A DNA stretch of 63,668 nt, the filler included, from Octopus bimaculoides (lineage: Eukaryota): NCBI RefSeq assembly GCF_001194135.2. It is 6 parts of 6 records of this genome, joined end to end, with 100 filler letters (N's around TTAATTAATTAA, not from the genome) between each part and the next. Parts side by side here need not be neighbours in the genome. Positions count along the whole stretch, not along the records: positions 1 to 8,663 come from NC_068994.1; positions 8,764 to 24,996 come from NC_068989.1; 4 more parts are not named here. One strand, given 5' to 3'. Position numbers and translations under genes: made by a program. Position 1 is the first letter of the stretch. Each line of letters begins with the position of its first letter. Positions 1-11,719 of the stretch are shown one piece after another. The notes below the pieces were generated by a model. The model saw nothing but the letters and a program-made list of their open reading frames with translations, did no database searches and was not told where the DNA came from.

Positions 1-640
1 TATATATATATGAATATATACATATGTATGTATATATTATAAATAGACATTTGTTTACATATATATGCATATATACGTATGTGTGTGTAGATATATATAT
101 ATATATTTATTAACACATATGTGTGCATGTGTGTGTATACATATATATATATATACATACATACACACATGGACACATACGTAGACATACACACACTCAC
201 GCACACACACACATGCACACATAGATACGCATGTATGTATGTATGTATGTATAAGTAGAAACACATTCATACCTCTTAGACATGTCTATCACAATATTTT
301 GCGATGATAGCACAATATATATTAAACCACAATATCATGCCAACAGTACACCATGCCAAGTCAATATCATGCTATTGTACACCTTCAAAAACTGACAGCG
401 CTATCCCACAATGTACCGTTACACAATACTAACCAACTCTATTATTCTTGACACCAATATAACCATCGCCAACAATAGAGCTGCGAAATCAACGTGTGAA
501 GATCCGCATCAATGGTTCTCACCTGGGGTGCATATGACACTCGTGGGTCCACGTAAGATTTTGTTGTCGAAATTTACGTCAAATCAATTGGTTATATATC
601 TTCGATATACAGAATGCTCTTTAGTAATTTCTTTAATACA

Positions 641-763
641 ATTTATTGTTTCTTTATTGCCCACAAGGGGCTAAACATAGAGGGTACAAACAAGGACAGA
701 CAAAGGGATTAAGTCGATTACATCGACTCCAGTGCGTAACTGGTACTTAATTTATCGACCCCG
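641..763 (-). mobile_element. SINE family A, 3' half (tail variant 1), cut by an assembly gap
   Basis: Reverse complement of the family A 3' half (tttctttattgcccacaaggggctaaaca...ttaagtcgattacatcgactccagtgcgtaactggtacttaatttatcgacccc) matches the full copies at 4541-4880 and 41788-42020. Confidence 0.85.
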
Positions 764-1024
764 NNNNNNNNNNNNNNNNNNNNNNNNNNNNNNNNNNNNN
801 NNNNNNNNNNNNNNNNNNNNNNNNNNNNNNNNNNNNNNNNNNNNNNNNNNNNNNNNNNNNNNNNNNNNNNNNNNNNNNNNNNNNNNNNNNNNNNNNNNNN
901 NNNNNNNNNNNNNNNNNNNNNNNNNNNNNNNNNNNNNNNNNNNNNNNNNNNNNNNNNNNNNNNNNNNNNNNNNNNNNNCATCGCCAACAATAGAGCTGCG
1001 AAATCAACGTGTGAAGATCCGCAT

Positions 1025-1260
1025 CAATGGTTCTCACCTGGGGTGCATATGACACTCGTGGGTCCACGTAAGATTTTGTTGTCGAAATTTACGTCAAATC
1101 AATTGGTTATATATCTTCGATATACAGAATGCTCTTTAGTAATTTCTTTAATACAATTTCTAACGATATTTCATTATAAAGATATAATAGGATCATTTAA
1201 ACAGCGAATACCTTCGGGGATTCTGAAGAGTAAAATAGGCTACAAAAGGGGTCATTCGGT
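1025..1260. mobile_element. Degenerate hAT-like MITE (left end duplicated at about 510)
   Basis: Begins caatggttctcacctgggg, resembling hAT/Charlie CAGTGGTTCTCAACC termini. No clear right TIR. Confidence 0.35.
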
Positions 1261-1489
1261 CACAATGCATAAGTCATATGTGTCTCTCAAATTCCGTGAG
1301 GATGGTCATAGTTGGGATGATTTTGTTCATATGTGTATTCCCACGAGGTCCACTTTGCCTTTCATCATTTCGGGGTCGATAAATTAAGTGCCAGTTGCGT
1401 ACTGGGGTCGATGTAATCGACTGGCCCCTGCCACAAACATTTCGGGCCTTGTGCCCAGAGTAGAAAAAGATATTGTTTATAGTTATAGT

Positions 1490-1800
1490 GTCTTACTATA
1501 ACCTCGGGCCGACCAAAACCTTGCGAGTGGATTTCGTAAATGAAAACTGAAAGAAGCCCGTCGTATCTATGTATATGTATGTGCATGTGTGTGTGTGTGT
1601 GTTTTTGTCACCTGATTGACACCAGATGTTGGTGTGTTTATGTCCCCGTAACCTAGTGGTTCGCGAAAAGAGACCGATAGTATAAGTACTAGGCTTACAA
1701 AGAATAAGTCCTGGGGTCGATTTGTTCGACTAAAGGCGGTGCTCCAGCACGGCCGCAGTCAAATTATTGAAACAAATACAAGAATAAAAAAAGAATAAAA
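1490..1800 (+). mobile_element. SINE family C, 5'-truncated, with internal (TA)/(TG) microsatellite
   Basis: tcttactataacctcgggccgaccaaaacc...aagcccgtcg, then TA/TG repeat, then ...gagaccgatagtataagtactaggcttacaaagaataagtcctggggtcgatttgttcgactaaaggcggtgctccagc. Matches copies at 13363 and 40328. Confidence 0.85.
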
Positions 1801-1844
1801 CAGTATATATATATATATATTGTAAGTGTACAATATATATATTG

Positions 1845-1879
<35 letters not shown>

Positions 1880-1883
1880 ATTT

Positions 1884-1924
<41 letters not shown>

Positions 1925-2589
1925 CTGTATTTGTGCATGTGTGAGAGAGACAACTATTGTAGACGCTACCAGATAATATATCCCACAGTGCAACACATAA
2001 AAAGGCAACACATTATATAATTGAAAAAAAAAAACGAATCTCATAAATATAGGAACAAGCTCCAATTCAACAGAGTAACATAACACACGAAACAAAGAAA
2101 TGCCAGCATAAAACAGTTTAAACAAGGAAATAAAGACATTTCATCAAAGACAAATAGTAAATGGCGAACGTTTGTGAGCAACATAAACAAAGTTAGCAGT
2201 ATATAAAATTATACACATAATTAGCAACATCGATAATGTCACAATACTAACTTCAAATAAGTTAAGCAAAGCCAGCACGATAGAGACTTATTTATGAAAC
2301 CCCTTTGTAAAACCAGCAGCCAAATGCCTCTCAAAGCAAAGGAAAAAAAAAAAGCAAAATGCATGATACGTAGGTGGCGTTCTTCTTTGTTTGTGACATC
2401 AGCATGAGGGATGCTTTCAGCTACTTCTTTTTTTTTTATCCTTAATTTATATATATCCCTTGGAATGCGCCATATTGGGGCAAAGCCTTGAAAGGTTTAG
2501 TCAAACAAATCGATACAAGTACCTTTTTTTTGTAGTTTTTGAAAAATGTATGGCAATTATTCAATCGGAATTTATCCGAGTATCATAGC

Positions 2590-2945
2590 CATGGGGGAGC
2601 ATCATAGCCATGTGTTGAGAGGAATTCTTTGGGGTTTGAATAATTCACCTTTGGAAACATGGGTGTTTTGCTCAACATCCTTATTCAAACCTTATTCAGG
2701 GACGTTTTGAACGGGATGGGCTACTCGACCTGAAGAAAATTCTAACTGGGCCCCACCTGCGAGGTCATGCGCTGTTTATCTTGATATGAGATTACCATGT
2801 TGTTCACATATGGTTGTGATGCATGTGCCTGGTGTACCCTTATCAGACAGGTAGTCATGATGGGTATAATGGGCTTCGTATATTTTACCCCAGTGTCACT
2901 TTGATGGCATGCACTGCTCTCTCACTCAATAATAATAATAATAAT
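2590..2945 (+). mobile_element. Repeat family D: LINE-3'UTR-like element ending in an (AAT)n tail
   Basis: About 340 bp clearly homologous to 40860-41210. Both end ctgctctctcac(t/c)caata(a/g)taataat. Parent LINE not identified. Confidence 0.7.
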
Positions 2946-3055
2946 AATAAAAACAACAACAACAATGATGATGATAATGATAATAATAAAGATGACAATG
3001 ATAATAATAATAATATTAATGATAATAATAATGATAATTATAATAATATATTATT
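2925..3055. repeat. (AAT)n/(AAC)n/(GAT)n compound microsatellite
   Basis: Directly visible. Source of the poly-Asn ORF 2823-3125. Confidence 0.95.
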
Positions 3056-4540
3056 ATCAAATCTTACATATGCGTTCTTACCAGCAATATTAGCAAACAC
3101 CAAACACTACTATCTCACCCAATAATATAAACACATCACATAGACAGACTAAAAATATACAAACAATTCGTTATTTGTTTTCAATCGTTTTAATTCGAAG
3201 TAGATAAAGCTATAGATAAAAACGTGTAAATACTGAATTAAAAACCAGTTTGGATAGAAGGCTGCCTAGCCTTACATTTTGCTATCCAAATAAATTTTAA
3301 ACCAAGTTCTTACACGCTGTTATTTATAGTCTTATTTTCTTCGAGTTCAACAGTTAAAAACGAATTATTTCACGTACGCTCGACGTAAACTAAGAATCAA
3401 ATTTATCCACCTCTAAAACAGCTCCTAATACCAAAAACTACAACAGTGCTATTAAAAACACCATTATCTCCACACCTCCAACACCGACCGACACCAACAG
3501 CATAGTAAACGTTCATCATGCTTATGCCATTATTTGGCCCCTTGCACCGCGTTATTCATTGTGTAACTCCTTCAACACTCTCTTTGATTAAATATTTGAC
3601 AATATTACCATAACACTGCTATGATAACGGTAATGCTGATGTGATGACGAGGGAGAAGAAGGAACGGGATGACGGGTAGGAGGCGCAGGAAAAAAGAATT
3701 TCAAAAATTCACTAATATCCATGAAGTATCTATAAAGTCGCTTGACCGTTCAGGCCATGTGCTGCACCGTCAGAATGAAGATCAGATGAACGATCATGAC
3801 TTGGAGATTGATCAAAGTTCATAGACCAACACTGTCACGCTAAATATGTTGTACCAGTCTGCATAATCTTGAATCAAAGCCAATGAATATCCGTCAACGG
3901 TCTGCCAACTTCTTTCTTTCTGTATACGTTAATCAGAGACGTGCTGAGAACGCTATGTAATGTGACATTATGTAATACGATTGATAAGACGAGTAGCAGC
4001 CATTGCAATATTGATAGAAGAGACAAGAAAAAAGACAAAAACAAATGGTGCACCTGTGAGTCTGTTATTCTGGCTTATTAATTGCTTAATATTTCATGAC
4101 CGACCAGATTGCATTCATTTCGATGGTATCCACTATATTTGCGTCTTGTACCAAATTGCATAGACACGCGATATCTGGTTACAGTTGTTGTTCAAACCAG
4201 CTGAATCCTGATAGAGGGAATCTGAGACAAAGAGTACGCCAGTCTGACTCAACACATCCTTTCTAGATACCAACGGTCAGACGCAATCCTCATTCACTTA
4301 GTTTTTTTTTTTTTTTCCAGCCACTCCTGTGAAAATCTAGTGGTAATTTTTGTGGCTTCGGAGAATTTTTCACTTCTATTTTTAGCAAAGCTGATGCTTC
4401 ATAACGCCACTGTTATATATAACTCTTACATATATCTATTAATTTTACCTATATGGTTTTTAACTTGCACACACACACATGCATGCATAATGCATACAAC
4501 ATGCAGGTACAAATGTACACACATACACATACACATACAT

Positions 4541-4880
4541 AAAGGCGGCGAGCTGGCAGAAACGTTAGCACGCCGGGCGAAATGCTTAGCGGTATTTCGT
4601 CTGCCGCTACGTTCTGAGTTCAAATTCCGCCGAGGTCGACTTTGCCTTTCATCCTTTCGGAGTCGANNNNNNNNNNGCCGGGCGAAATGCTTAGCGGTAT
4701 TTCGTCTGCCGCTACGTTCTGAGTTCAAATTCCGCCGAGGTCGACTTTGCCTTTCATCCTTTCGGAGTCGATTAAATAAGTACCAGTTACGCACTGGGGT
4801 CGATATAATCGACTTAATCCGTTTGTCTGTCTTTGTTTGTCCCCTCTCTGTGTAGCCCCTTGTGGGTAGTAAAGAAATAA
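4541..4880 (+). mobile_element. SINE family A, full length (tRNA-derived head, MetaSINE-like central domain, tail 1)
   Basis: A-box-like TGGCAGAAACGTTAGC and B-box-like GAGTTCAAATTCC; central gcctttcatcctttcggagtcgattaaataagtaccag; hairpin gtcgatataatcgac. An internal segment is duplicated across a 10-N gap (assembly). The Meta-domain label is recalled similarity, not a search result. Confidence 0.9.
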
Positions 4881-5531
4881 CACATACACACACACACCTT
4901 GTTATCCCAGATCAGTGATGACTGAATCAGTGTTAAACGAGGATAAACGTATCTCATGTTATCAACATATACTTTGGATGTATTGTACGTTTCGGATAAA
5001 ATACTTCGCCAATGAGAAAGATGAGGGGTTTGTCATATAGTTGATTCGATATAAATGAATACACGAAGCATACGAATCCGTAACCTTATGTGATTCGGAA
5101 AGGTTACCTTCATCCTTTCACCTATTCTTACGGACTTCCTCGCTAATAAGCATTTCATTCCCTCCTTTCTTCTTTTCTTTTCATTTGTAGATTTACGAAT
5201 AACGTCTCCCTCATTTCTCTATACAAGTATGTTTGTATATAATTTGTACATATACAAAACGAACTAGTATATATATATATATATATATATATATNNNNNN
5301 NNNNNNNNNNNNNNNNNNNNNNNNNNNNNNNNNNNNNNNNNNNNNNNNNNNNNNNNNNNNNNNNNNNNNNNNNNNNNNNNNNNNNNNNNNNNNNNNNNNN
5401 NNNNNNGAAAGAATACGGAGACAAGGAGAAAAACACGGAGAAAAAAAATTGAATAGTGTTCAGTCAACGGTCAATCATAATAATAATATATATATATATG
5501 CATTTACACTTACATATGCATACAAATCTAA

Positions 5532-5580
<49 letters not shown>

Positions 5581-5734
5581 ATAAAATATATATATAGCTG
5601 TGTGTATATATATATGTGTGTGTGTGTGGGTGTGTATACAGATATACATATATATGTATACATATACATGTGTGTGCGTGTGTGTATGTATATACATATA
5701 CGTATAAATCTAAATTTTATGTATATATACGAGC

Positions 5735-5775
<41 letters not shown>

Positions 5776-6829
5776 TGTTCATAGTTATAAACACACACAG
5801 ACAAACACACTTATTCTCTCTCTCTCTCTCTCNNNNNNNNNNNNNNNNNNNNNNNNNNNNNNNNNNNNNNNNNNNNNNNNNNNNNNNNNNNNNNNNNNNN
5901 NNNNNNNNNNNNNNNNNNNNNNNNNNNNNNNNNNNNNNNNNNNNNNNNNNNNNNNNNNNNNNNNNNNNNNNNNNNNNNNNNNNNNNNNNNNNNNNNNNNN
6001 NNNNNNNNNNNNNNNNNNNNNNNNNNNNNNNNNNNNNNNNNNNNNNNNNNNNNNNNNNNNNNNNNNNNNNNNNNNNNNNNNNNNNNNNNNNNNNNNNNNN
6101 NNNNNNNNNNNNNNNNNNNNNNNNNNNNNNNNNNNNNNNNNNNNNNNNNNNNNNNNNNNNNNNNNNNNNNNNNNNNNNNNNNNNNNNNNNNNNNNNNNNN
6201 NNNNNNNNNNNNNNNNNNNNNNNNNNNNNNNNNNNNNNNNNNNNNNNNNNNNNNNNNNNNNNNNNNNNNNNNNNNNNNNNNNNNNNNNNNNNNNNNNNNN
6301 NNNNNNNNNNNNNNNNNNNNNNNNNNNNNNNNNNNNNNNNNNNNNNNNNNNNNNNNNNNNNNNNNNNNNNNNNNNNNNNNNNNNNNNNNNNNNNNNNNNN
6401 NNNNNNNNNNNNNNNNNNNNNNNNNNNNNNNNNNNNNNNNNNNNNNNNNNNNNNNNNNNNNNNNNNNNNNNNNNNNNNNNNNNNNNNNNNNNNNNNNNNN
6501 NNNNNNNNNNNNNNNNNNNNNNNNNNNNNNNNNNNNNNNNNNNNNNNNNNNNNNNNNNNNNNNNNNNNNNNNNNNNNNNNNNNNNNNNNNNNNNNNNNNN
6601 NNNNNNNNNNNNNNNNNNNNNNNNNNNNNNNNNNNNNNNNNNNNNNNNNNNNNNNNNNNNNNNNNNNNNNNNNNNNNNNNNNNNNNNNNNNNNNNNNNNN
6701 NNNNNNNNNNNNNNNNNNNNNNNNNNNNNNNNNNNNNNNNNNNNNNNNNNNNNNNNNNNNNNNNNNNNNNNNNNNNNNNNNNNNNNNNNNNNNNNNNNNN
6801 NNNNNNNNNNNNNNNNNNNNNNNNNNNNN

Positions 6830-6873
<44 letters not shown>

Positions 6874-7310
6874 GCACATACACACATATACAAATATATA
6901 TGCATGTGTCTGAACAATTGATACAATTAAAAGGTGGTGCTTCGGCATGGCCACAGCCTATTGACTGAAACAAGTAAAAGATAATACATACATACTTGCA
7001 TCTCGTGTGTGCGTCTGCGCATGAGCATGTACAAATGCATATGCAAATCCGTGTGTACATGTACGTTTATCTCCCTTTATGTAGTTATCTTGGCACAATT
7101 TTAGCCCAAGGCCATGGGCATTGTGGGAAAGAGTGCATCGATTACATCGACCCCAGTATTTGGCTGGTACTTATTTTATTGACTCTGCGAGGGCAAAAGG
7201 TAGAGTGGACCCCAGCCGAACTTGAAGTCAAAACGTCAATAGAGACGAAGCATTTTACGCAGCGTGTTAACGACATCTTAATGTAGCGAAATATTAATCT
7301 AGATATAGTA

Positions 7311-7673
7311 TTGTTGGCACTCCGTCGGTTACGACGAAGTGTGTTCCAGTTGATCCGAGCAACGGAACAGTTTGCTCGTGAAATTAACATGCATGTGGCT
7401 GAGCACTCCACAGACACGTGTACCCTTAACGTAGTTCTCGAGGAGATTCAGCGTGACACAGAGTGTGACAAGGCTGGCCCCTTTGAATTACAGGTACAAC
7501 AGAAACAGGAAGAAAGATTGAGAGAAAGTTGTGGTGAAAGAAAGGAGTACAGCAGGGCTCGCCACCATCCCCTGCCGGAGCCTCGAGGAACTTTAGGTGT
7601 TTTCGCTCAATCGAAACCGCAATCCTACGACAGCGAGTCCGCTACTCTAACCACTGGGCAATTGCGCTTCCAC
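7311..7673 (-). mobile_element. SINE family B (tRNA-Arg-like head, body X, tail T1), with internal deletion
   Basis: Minus strand starts gtggaagcgcaattgcccagtggttagagtagcggactcgc. Same body and tail as 20990-21368. Resembles the octopus OR-type SINEs (recollection). Confidence 0.85.
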
Positions 7674-8132
7674 CTAAATATAGAATTCTATAATTGGATA
7701 ATCATGCAATTTGTCTCTGATTAGTTAAGCGGTGTATAACGGACTACTCACAAACACTTTACATTTATATAATATTCATACATCAACACCATCTGTCTTT
7801 CATTCGGTGTCGCTTGTCTCACCCAAATATTTTGATTAACTTTTATGCACATTGAATGGAAATTATTTCTTTATGTATTTGAAGAAAAATGGGTCCATAT
7901 CTGTGATTTATTCAATCAAAATATCACCTATTTTTTTTTTTCATTCTGTTAGCTTGATTTCGATTCGTTCGTAATATTTGGTTTTATTATTGTTCAAATT
8001 GCCGTCGAGAAAATGACAATTGACAATTATCAACGCAAAGGGACGAGTTGATGTTAAGTATTATCAAGCCGAAGTTTGTCTGTTTTGAGTTGGTTTTGTT
8101 TCATCATCATCATCTCATCATCTCATCATAGT

Positions 8133-8163
<31 letters not shown>

Positions 8164-8329
8164 ATCGTCTTCCGTTCGGACAACTTGCCCGGACCAATAC
8201 CACTTCTCCATGTCAGGTGTTCTCGTCGAGTGATGCGGCATGAATGTCTGGCTTGGGTTGAAGTCACATTGGTCTTTTGCTTACTAAAAACATCTTATTT
8301 GTCCACGCCACAACTAGAGGCATATTCAC

Positions 8330-8513
8330 GGACAGACAGATAGACAGAACAAACAGACAGGTAGACAAGCAGACAGACAAGCAAACAGAGAAGCAGCAGA
8401 CAGAAAGACAGGGACAGATAGACGGATATATAAGCAGATACACATACACACATATATGTATAAGTGCATACACACACACATATATATGATATATATATAT
8501 TCACACATAGATC

Positions 8514-8552
<39 letters not shown>

Positions 8553-8576
8553 TGATAGACAGACAGACAGACAGAC

Positions 8577-8617
<41 letters not shown>

Positions 8618-8620
8618 CAT
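8330..8620. repeat. (GACA)n/(GATA)n tetranucleotide microsatellite
   Basis: Directly visible. Confidence 0.95.
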
Positions 8621-8824
8621 TTCTTTTATTAGCCACACAGGGCTCAACAAAGATGGGACAAATNNNNNNNNNNNNNNNNNNNNNNNNNNNNNNNNNNNNN
8701 NNNNNNNTTAATTAATTAANNNNNNNNNNNNNNNNNNNNNNNNNNNNNNNNNNNNNNNNNNNNGACAGACAGAGAGAGACACACACGAATCCATACACAT
8801 GTACACACACTCACATATACACAT

Positions 8825-9162
8825 TTCCGCTGAGGTCGACTTTGCCTTTTATCCTTTCGGGGTCGATTAAATAAGTACCAGTTACGCACTGGAGTCGATA
8901 TAATCGACTTAGTCCGTTTGTCTGTCCTTGCTTGTCCCCTCTGTGTGTAGCCCCTTGTGGGCAGTAAAGAAATAAGAAACGTAAGCACACCGGGTGAAAT
9001 GCTTAGTGGTATTTCGTCTGCCGTTACGTTCTGAGTTCAAATTCCGCCGTGGTCGATTCTGCCTTTCATCCTTTCGGGATCGATAAATTAAGTACTAGTT
9101 GCGTAGGGGTCTATCTAATCGACTGCGCCCACCCACCCAAATTTTGGGCCTTTGCCTAGAGT
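8825..9162 (+). mobile_element. SINE family A fused dimer (tail-1 monomer plus 5'-clipped tail-2 monomer)
   Basis: Junction gcagtaaagaaataagaaacgtaagcacaccgggtgaaatg at about 8961-9001. Same junction at about 55360 and about 46200 (minus). Confidence 0.85.
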
Positions 9163-9529
9163 GAAGAATGGATTAAAATTACGTCAGAACAATGTGAGAA
9201 ATTGGTCAGATCATTGGATGGAGATGCGCTGAAGTCATTACAAATAAAGGAATTTACACATCTTATTAATATATTGATGTGGGTTGTAAAAATTTCTGGC
9301 AAAATTTTGATTTCTTGAATCTTATATCATACATTCTCTAATTTTGTCCATTTTCTCAAATAAACAGTTTTCTATTATTAATAATTTAGTTGTTAATCAA
9401 GTCCTACAAAATTTATTGTAAAGAATGAACAAGCTTTTAATTATTTACAGTAAAAATCCCATTCGAAAAAATGAAGTAGAAATGTAGATAATATTTTTTA
9501 TTTTCGTTCTGTAATTTTGGCCACTACTG
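9163..9529 (+). mobile_element. Tc1-like DNA transposon, 3' fragment with right TIR
   Basis: With one frameshift it reads EEWIKITSEQCEKLVRS/GWRCAEVITNKGIYTSY*, a typical Tc1 transposase C-terminus. Ends taattttggccactactg|ta (CAGT-type TIR plus TA). Confidence 0.8.
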
Positions 9530-9989
9530 TATATAAGAATGCGTATGTATGTAGGAATGCATATATGTGAATGTGTAAGCTCTCGTATGCAAATTAAGAT
9601 GGTCAGCTTCATTCAGTCCAAAGCTATTCTTTCTTTGAAGAGGAAACTAGCAGTAACCGAAACTGTTGTTATGCTACAAAATAATGGTTACAAGTTTTTA
9701 GCACAGGGCCAGCAATTTTAGGGGAAGGCGTAAGTCACTTACATCGAACCCAATACTCAGCTGATCCTAATTTTGTCCACCTCGAAAAGAAGAAAGACAG
9801 TTGATCTCGGCAGAATTTGAACTCAGAACGTAAAGTCGGACGAAATGCAACTAAGCATTTTTCCTGGTGTGCTTGTCAGTCCACCGCCTATAACGCTACT
9901 TAACAATTGCTTCAAATTTTGGCAAAAGGCCAAGAATTTCGAGTGAGTGGGTAAGTCGATTAGATCGAATCCATTGCTCAACTGGTACT

Positions 9990-10435
9990 TGTGTCTTGCA
10001 AACAACTCGCTCATGCAAGTGCTACCAGTCGAGAACTCCGCATACCGAAGCCAGCAAGTGTATGGGGCCATCAGGAGAGAATGTGCGCCGTTTCGGGGCC
10101 TACCTCTCGACGGTATCAATACCCCTCACTGATATGAGGCCCCGCTTGCTAGATCAACTGGTTATTAAAAACAAAGCTCAATATTTCTCTAGCCATCGCT
10201 CGTCGTTTCTTTTTAACCAAATCCAGTGGCTAGCCTTCTCCACTGTAGTTTGGATATCACTCATGGTGGTGTTTACCTTACGATGAGTTAGGCCTAACGA
10301 TAACAGCAGTCGTCTCTCCTAGAAACTCTCTACATCCAACTTCGATTGGAAAATGCTCCGCTTTCTAGCCTGCGTCTTCACATTTCTCGAGGAGGTTTAC
10401 ATAACGGTCAATCTTTCGAGCCCGCGCGGCGTCCA
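9990..10435 (-). mobile_element. HERO-like RLE non-LTR retrotransposon, 5'-truncated 3' end (endonuclease C-terminus plus 3'UTR)
   Basis: Minus strand reads DNMDAARARKIDRYVNLLEKCEDAG*KAEHFPIEVGCREFLG, then in another frame TVEKASHWIWLKRNDERWLEK. This matches the HERO RLE pattern (ERK..Y, P.EVGCRGF, EKAS.W.W). Not in the ORF track. Confidence 0.8.
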
Positions 10436-11719
10436 TGTTATCTAGAAAGGATTAAATACAAAGTGACCCTCGACAAAATATTACTCAAAACTTAAGGACG
10501 AACGAAAATGCTACTGAACATCTTGGCCGGCGTGCTAACGATTTTGCCAGTTCACCATATTTATATGCTACTAAATAATGGAGTTCTCTTCATAGACTTA
10601 AAAATCTCTGTTTNNNNNNNNNNNNNNNNNNNNNNNNNNNNNNNNNNNNNNNNNNNNNNNNNNNNNNNNNNNNNNNNNNNNNNNNNNNNNNNNNNNNNNN
10701 NNNNNNNNNNNNNNNNNNNNNNNNNNNNNCATATATACGTAGGTGTGTGTGTGTGTGTTTAAAGCGCTGAAGAATTTTAAAATAAGTCTTAAGAAACTGC
10801 TCAAATGCAAATGAAGCTATAAATATTTTAATACTTCGGACTTGTTTTATATCTATATGCAGACTGTTTCTGTCTTCTGTACGTCATCATTAAAGGATAA
10901 TAGTGTATGATAAAGCCATAAAAAATACCACATAATATGAACTGTCATTTGTAGATTCATTTGCATTTGGCTAACGTCTTAAAAAGGCACATACACGTTT
11001 GCGTGTGATTGTGAGTGTGTGTCTATGTACACACAACACACAAATATCCGCGCGCGCATATTAATGTTTGTTTTCATGAGAATTCATACATAAAACAATC
11101 TAATATTGGACTGCGTGGTTGGTCAGTACTTCTCAGTAGAGTTCGTTTAAATTAATATTCACAAAGCAAATGTTGATAGTGACTTTGAAGTTTCAGTCTG
11201 CTCGAATTAAAAATTAATACGTTGATGTGTATGCATGAATCCAGAAAAATAATTTTGCTTTTTTTTATCAGCCATATTACTACGTCTGTCTGCAAAACTT
11301 ATTACTACACGTCTTCTCTGAATGTATCTAATCTCATCACGCGGCAGACATCGTTATAAGTTAATATCCCTTAAGAAGAAGGAATAATAAAAAGGTATAT
11401 ATAATATAACGATTTTTAAATATTAAAGGCCAATAATTCTATAAGGCGGATATGTTAGCTGAGACTAGCGGTCCCATTACATCATGGCTGCTACTTAATA
11501 TTATGGACAGCAATATATATATGTATCTATGACAAAGTTGATCTCGATGCATTTTCAGCTCGGAATGAAATGGAATGGCTCAAATACAAAGCAGTTTTTC
11601 AAACATTCAAATGATTTTACCGTCTCACTGCTATCCTTACCTCTAAGAATTCTTGCTGTCACAGACACAACTCGTACTAGGAAATTTCTTTGATTTGATG
11701 AATATTCGATTACGACGAC

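Noticed and set aside
3754-3833. Possible terminal exon HVLHRQNEDQMNDHDLEIDQSS*
   Set aside because: Too short, poor polypyrimidine tract and no recognisable homology.
4666-4770. Internal duplication within the SINE at 4541-4880
   Set aside because: Identical sequence on both sides of a 10-N gap indicates an unmerged contig overlap.
4981-5015. Minus-strand TTGGCGA-AGTATTTTATCC-GAAACGTA, resembling a decayed hammerhead
   Set aside because: It needs about four substitutions and has no stem I, so it cannot be distinguished from chance.
5717-7060. Long ORFs in the track (for example 447, 392, 359 and 351 aa)
   Set aside because: They are open only because N runs and dinucleotide repeats lack stop codons.
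8708-8719. TTAATTAATTAA islands inside N runs (also 25041, 38509, 59197, 62366)
   Set aside because: Each is centred in a 100-bp block (44 N on either side where counted) and gives stops in all six frames. This is an artificial scaffold spacer, not biology.
11271-11393. Exon-like segment with a strong acceptor (ttttttatcag) and AAG|GTATAT donor
   Set aside because: Stops in all three frames, a weak donor and no other support.
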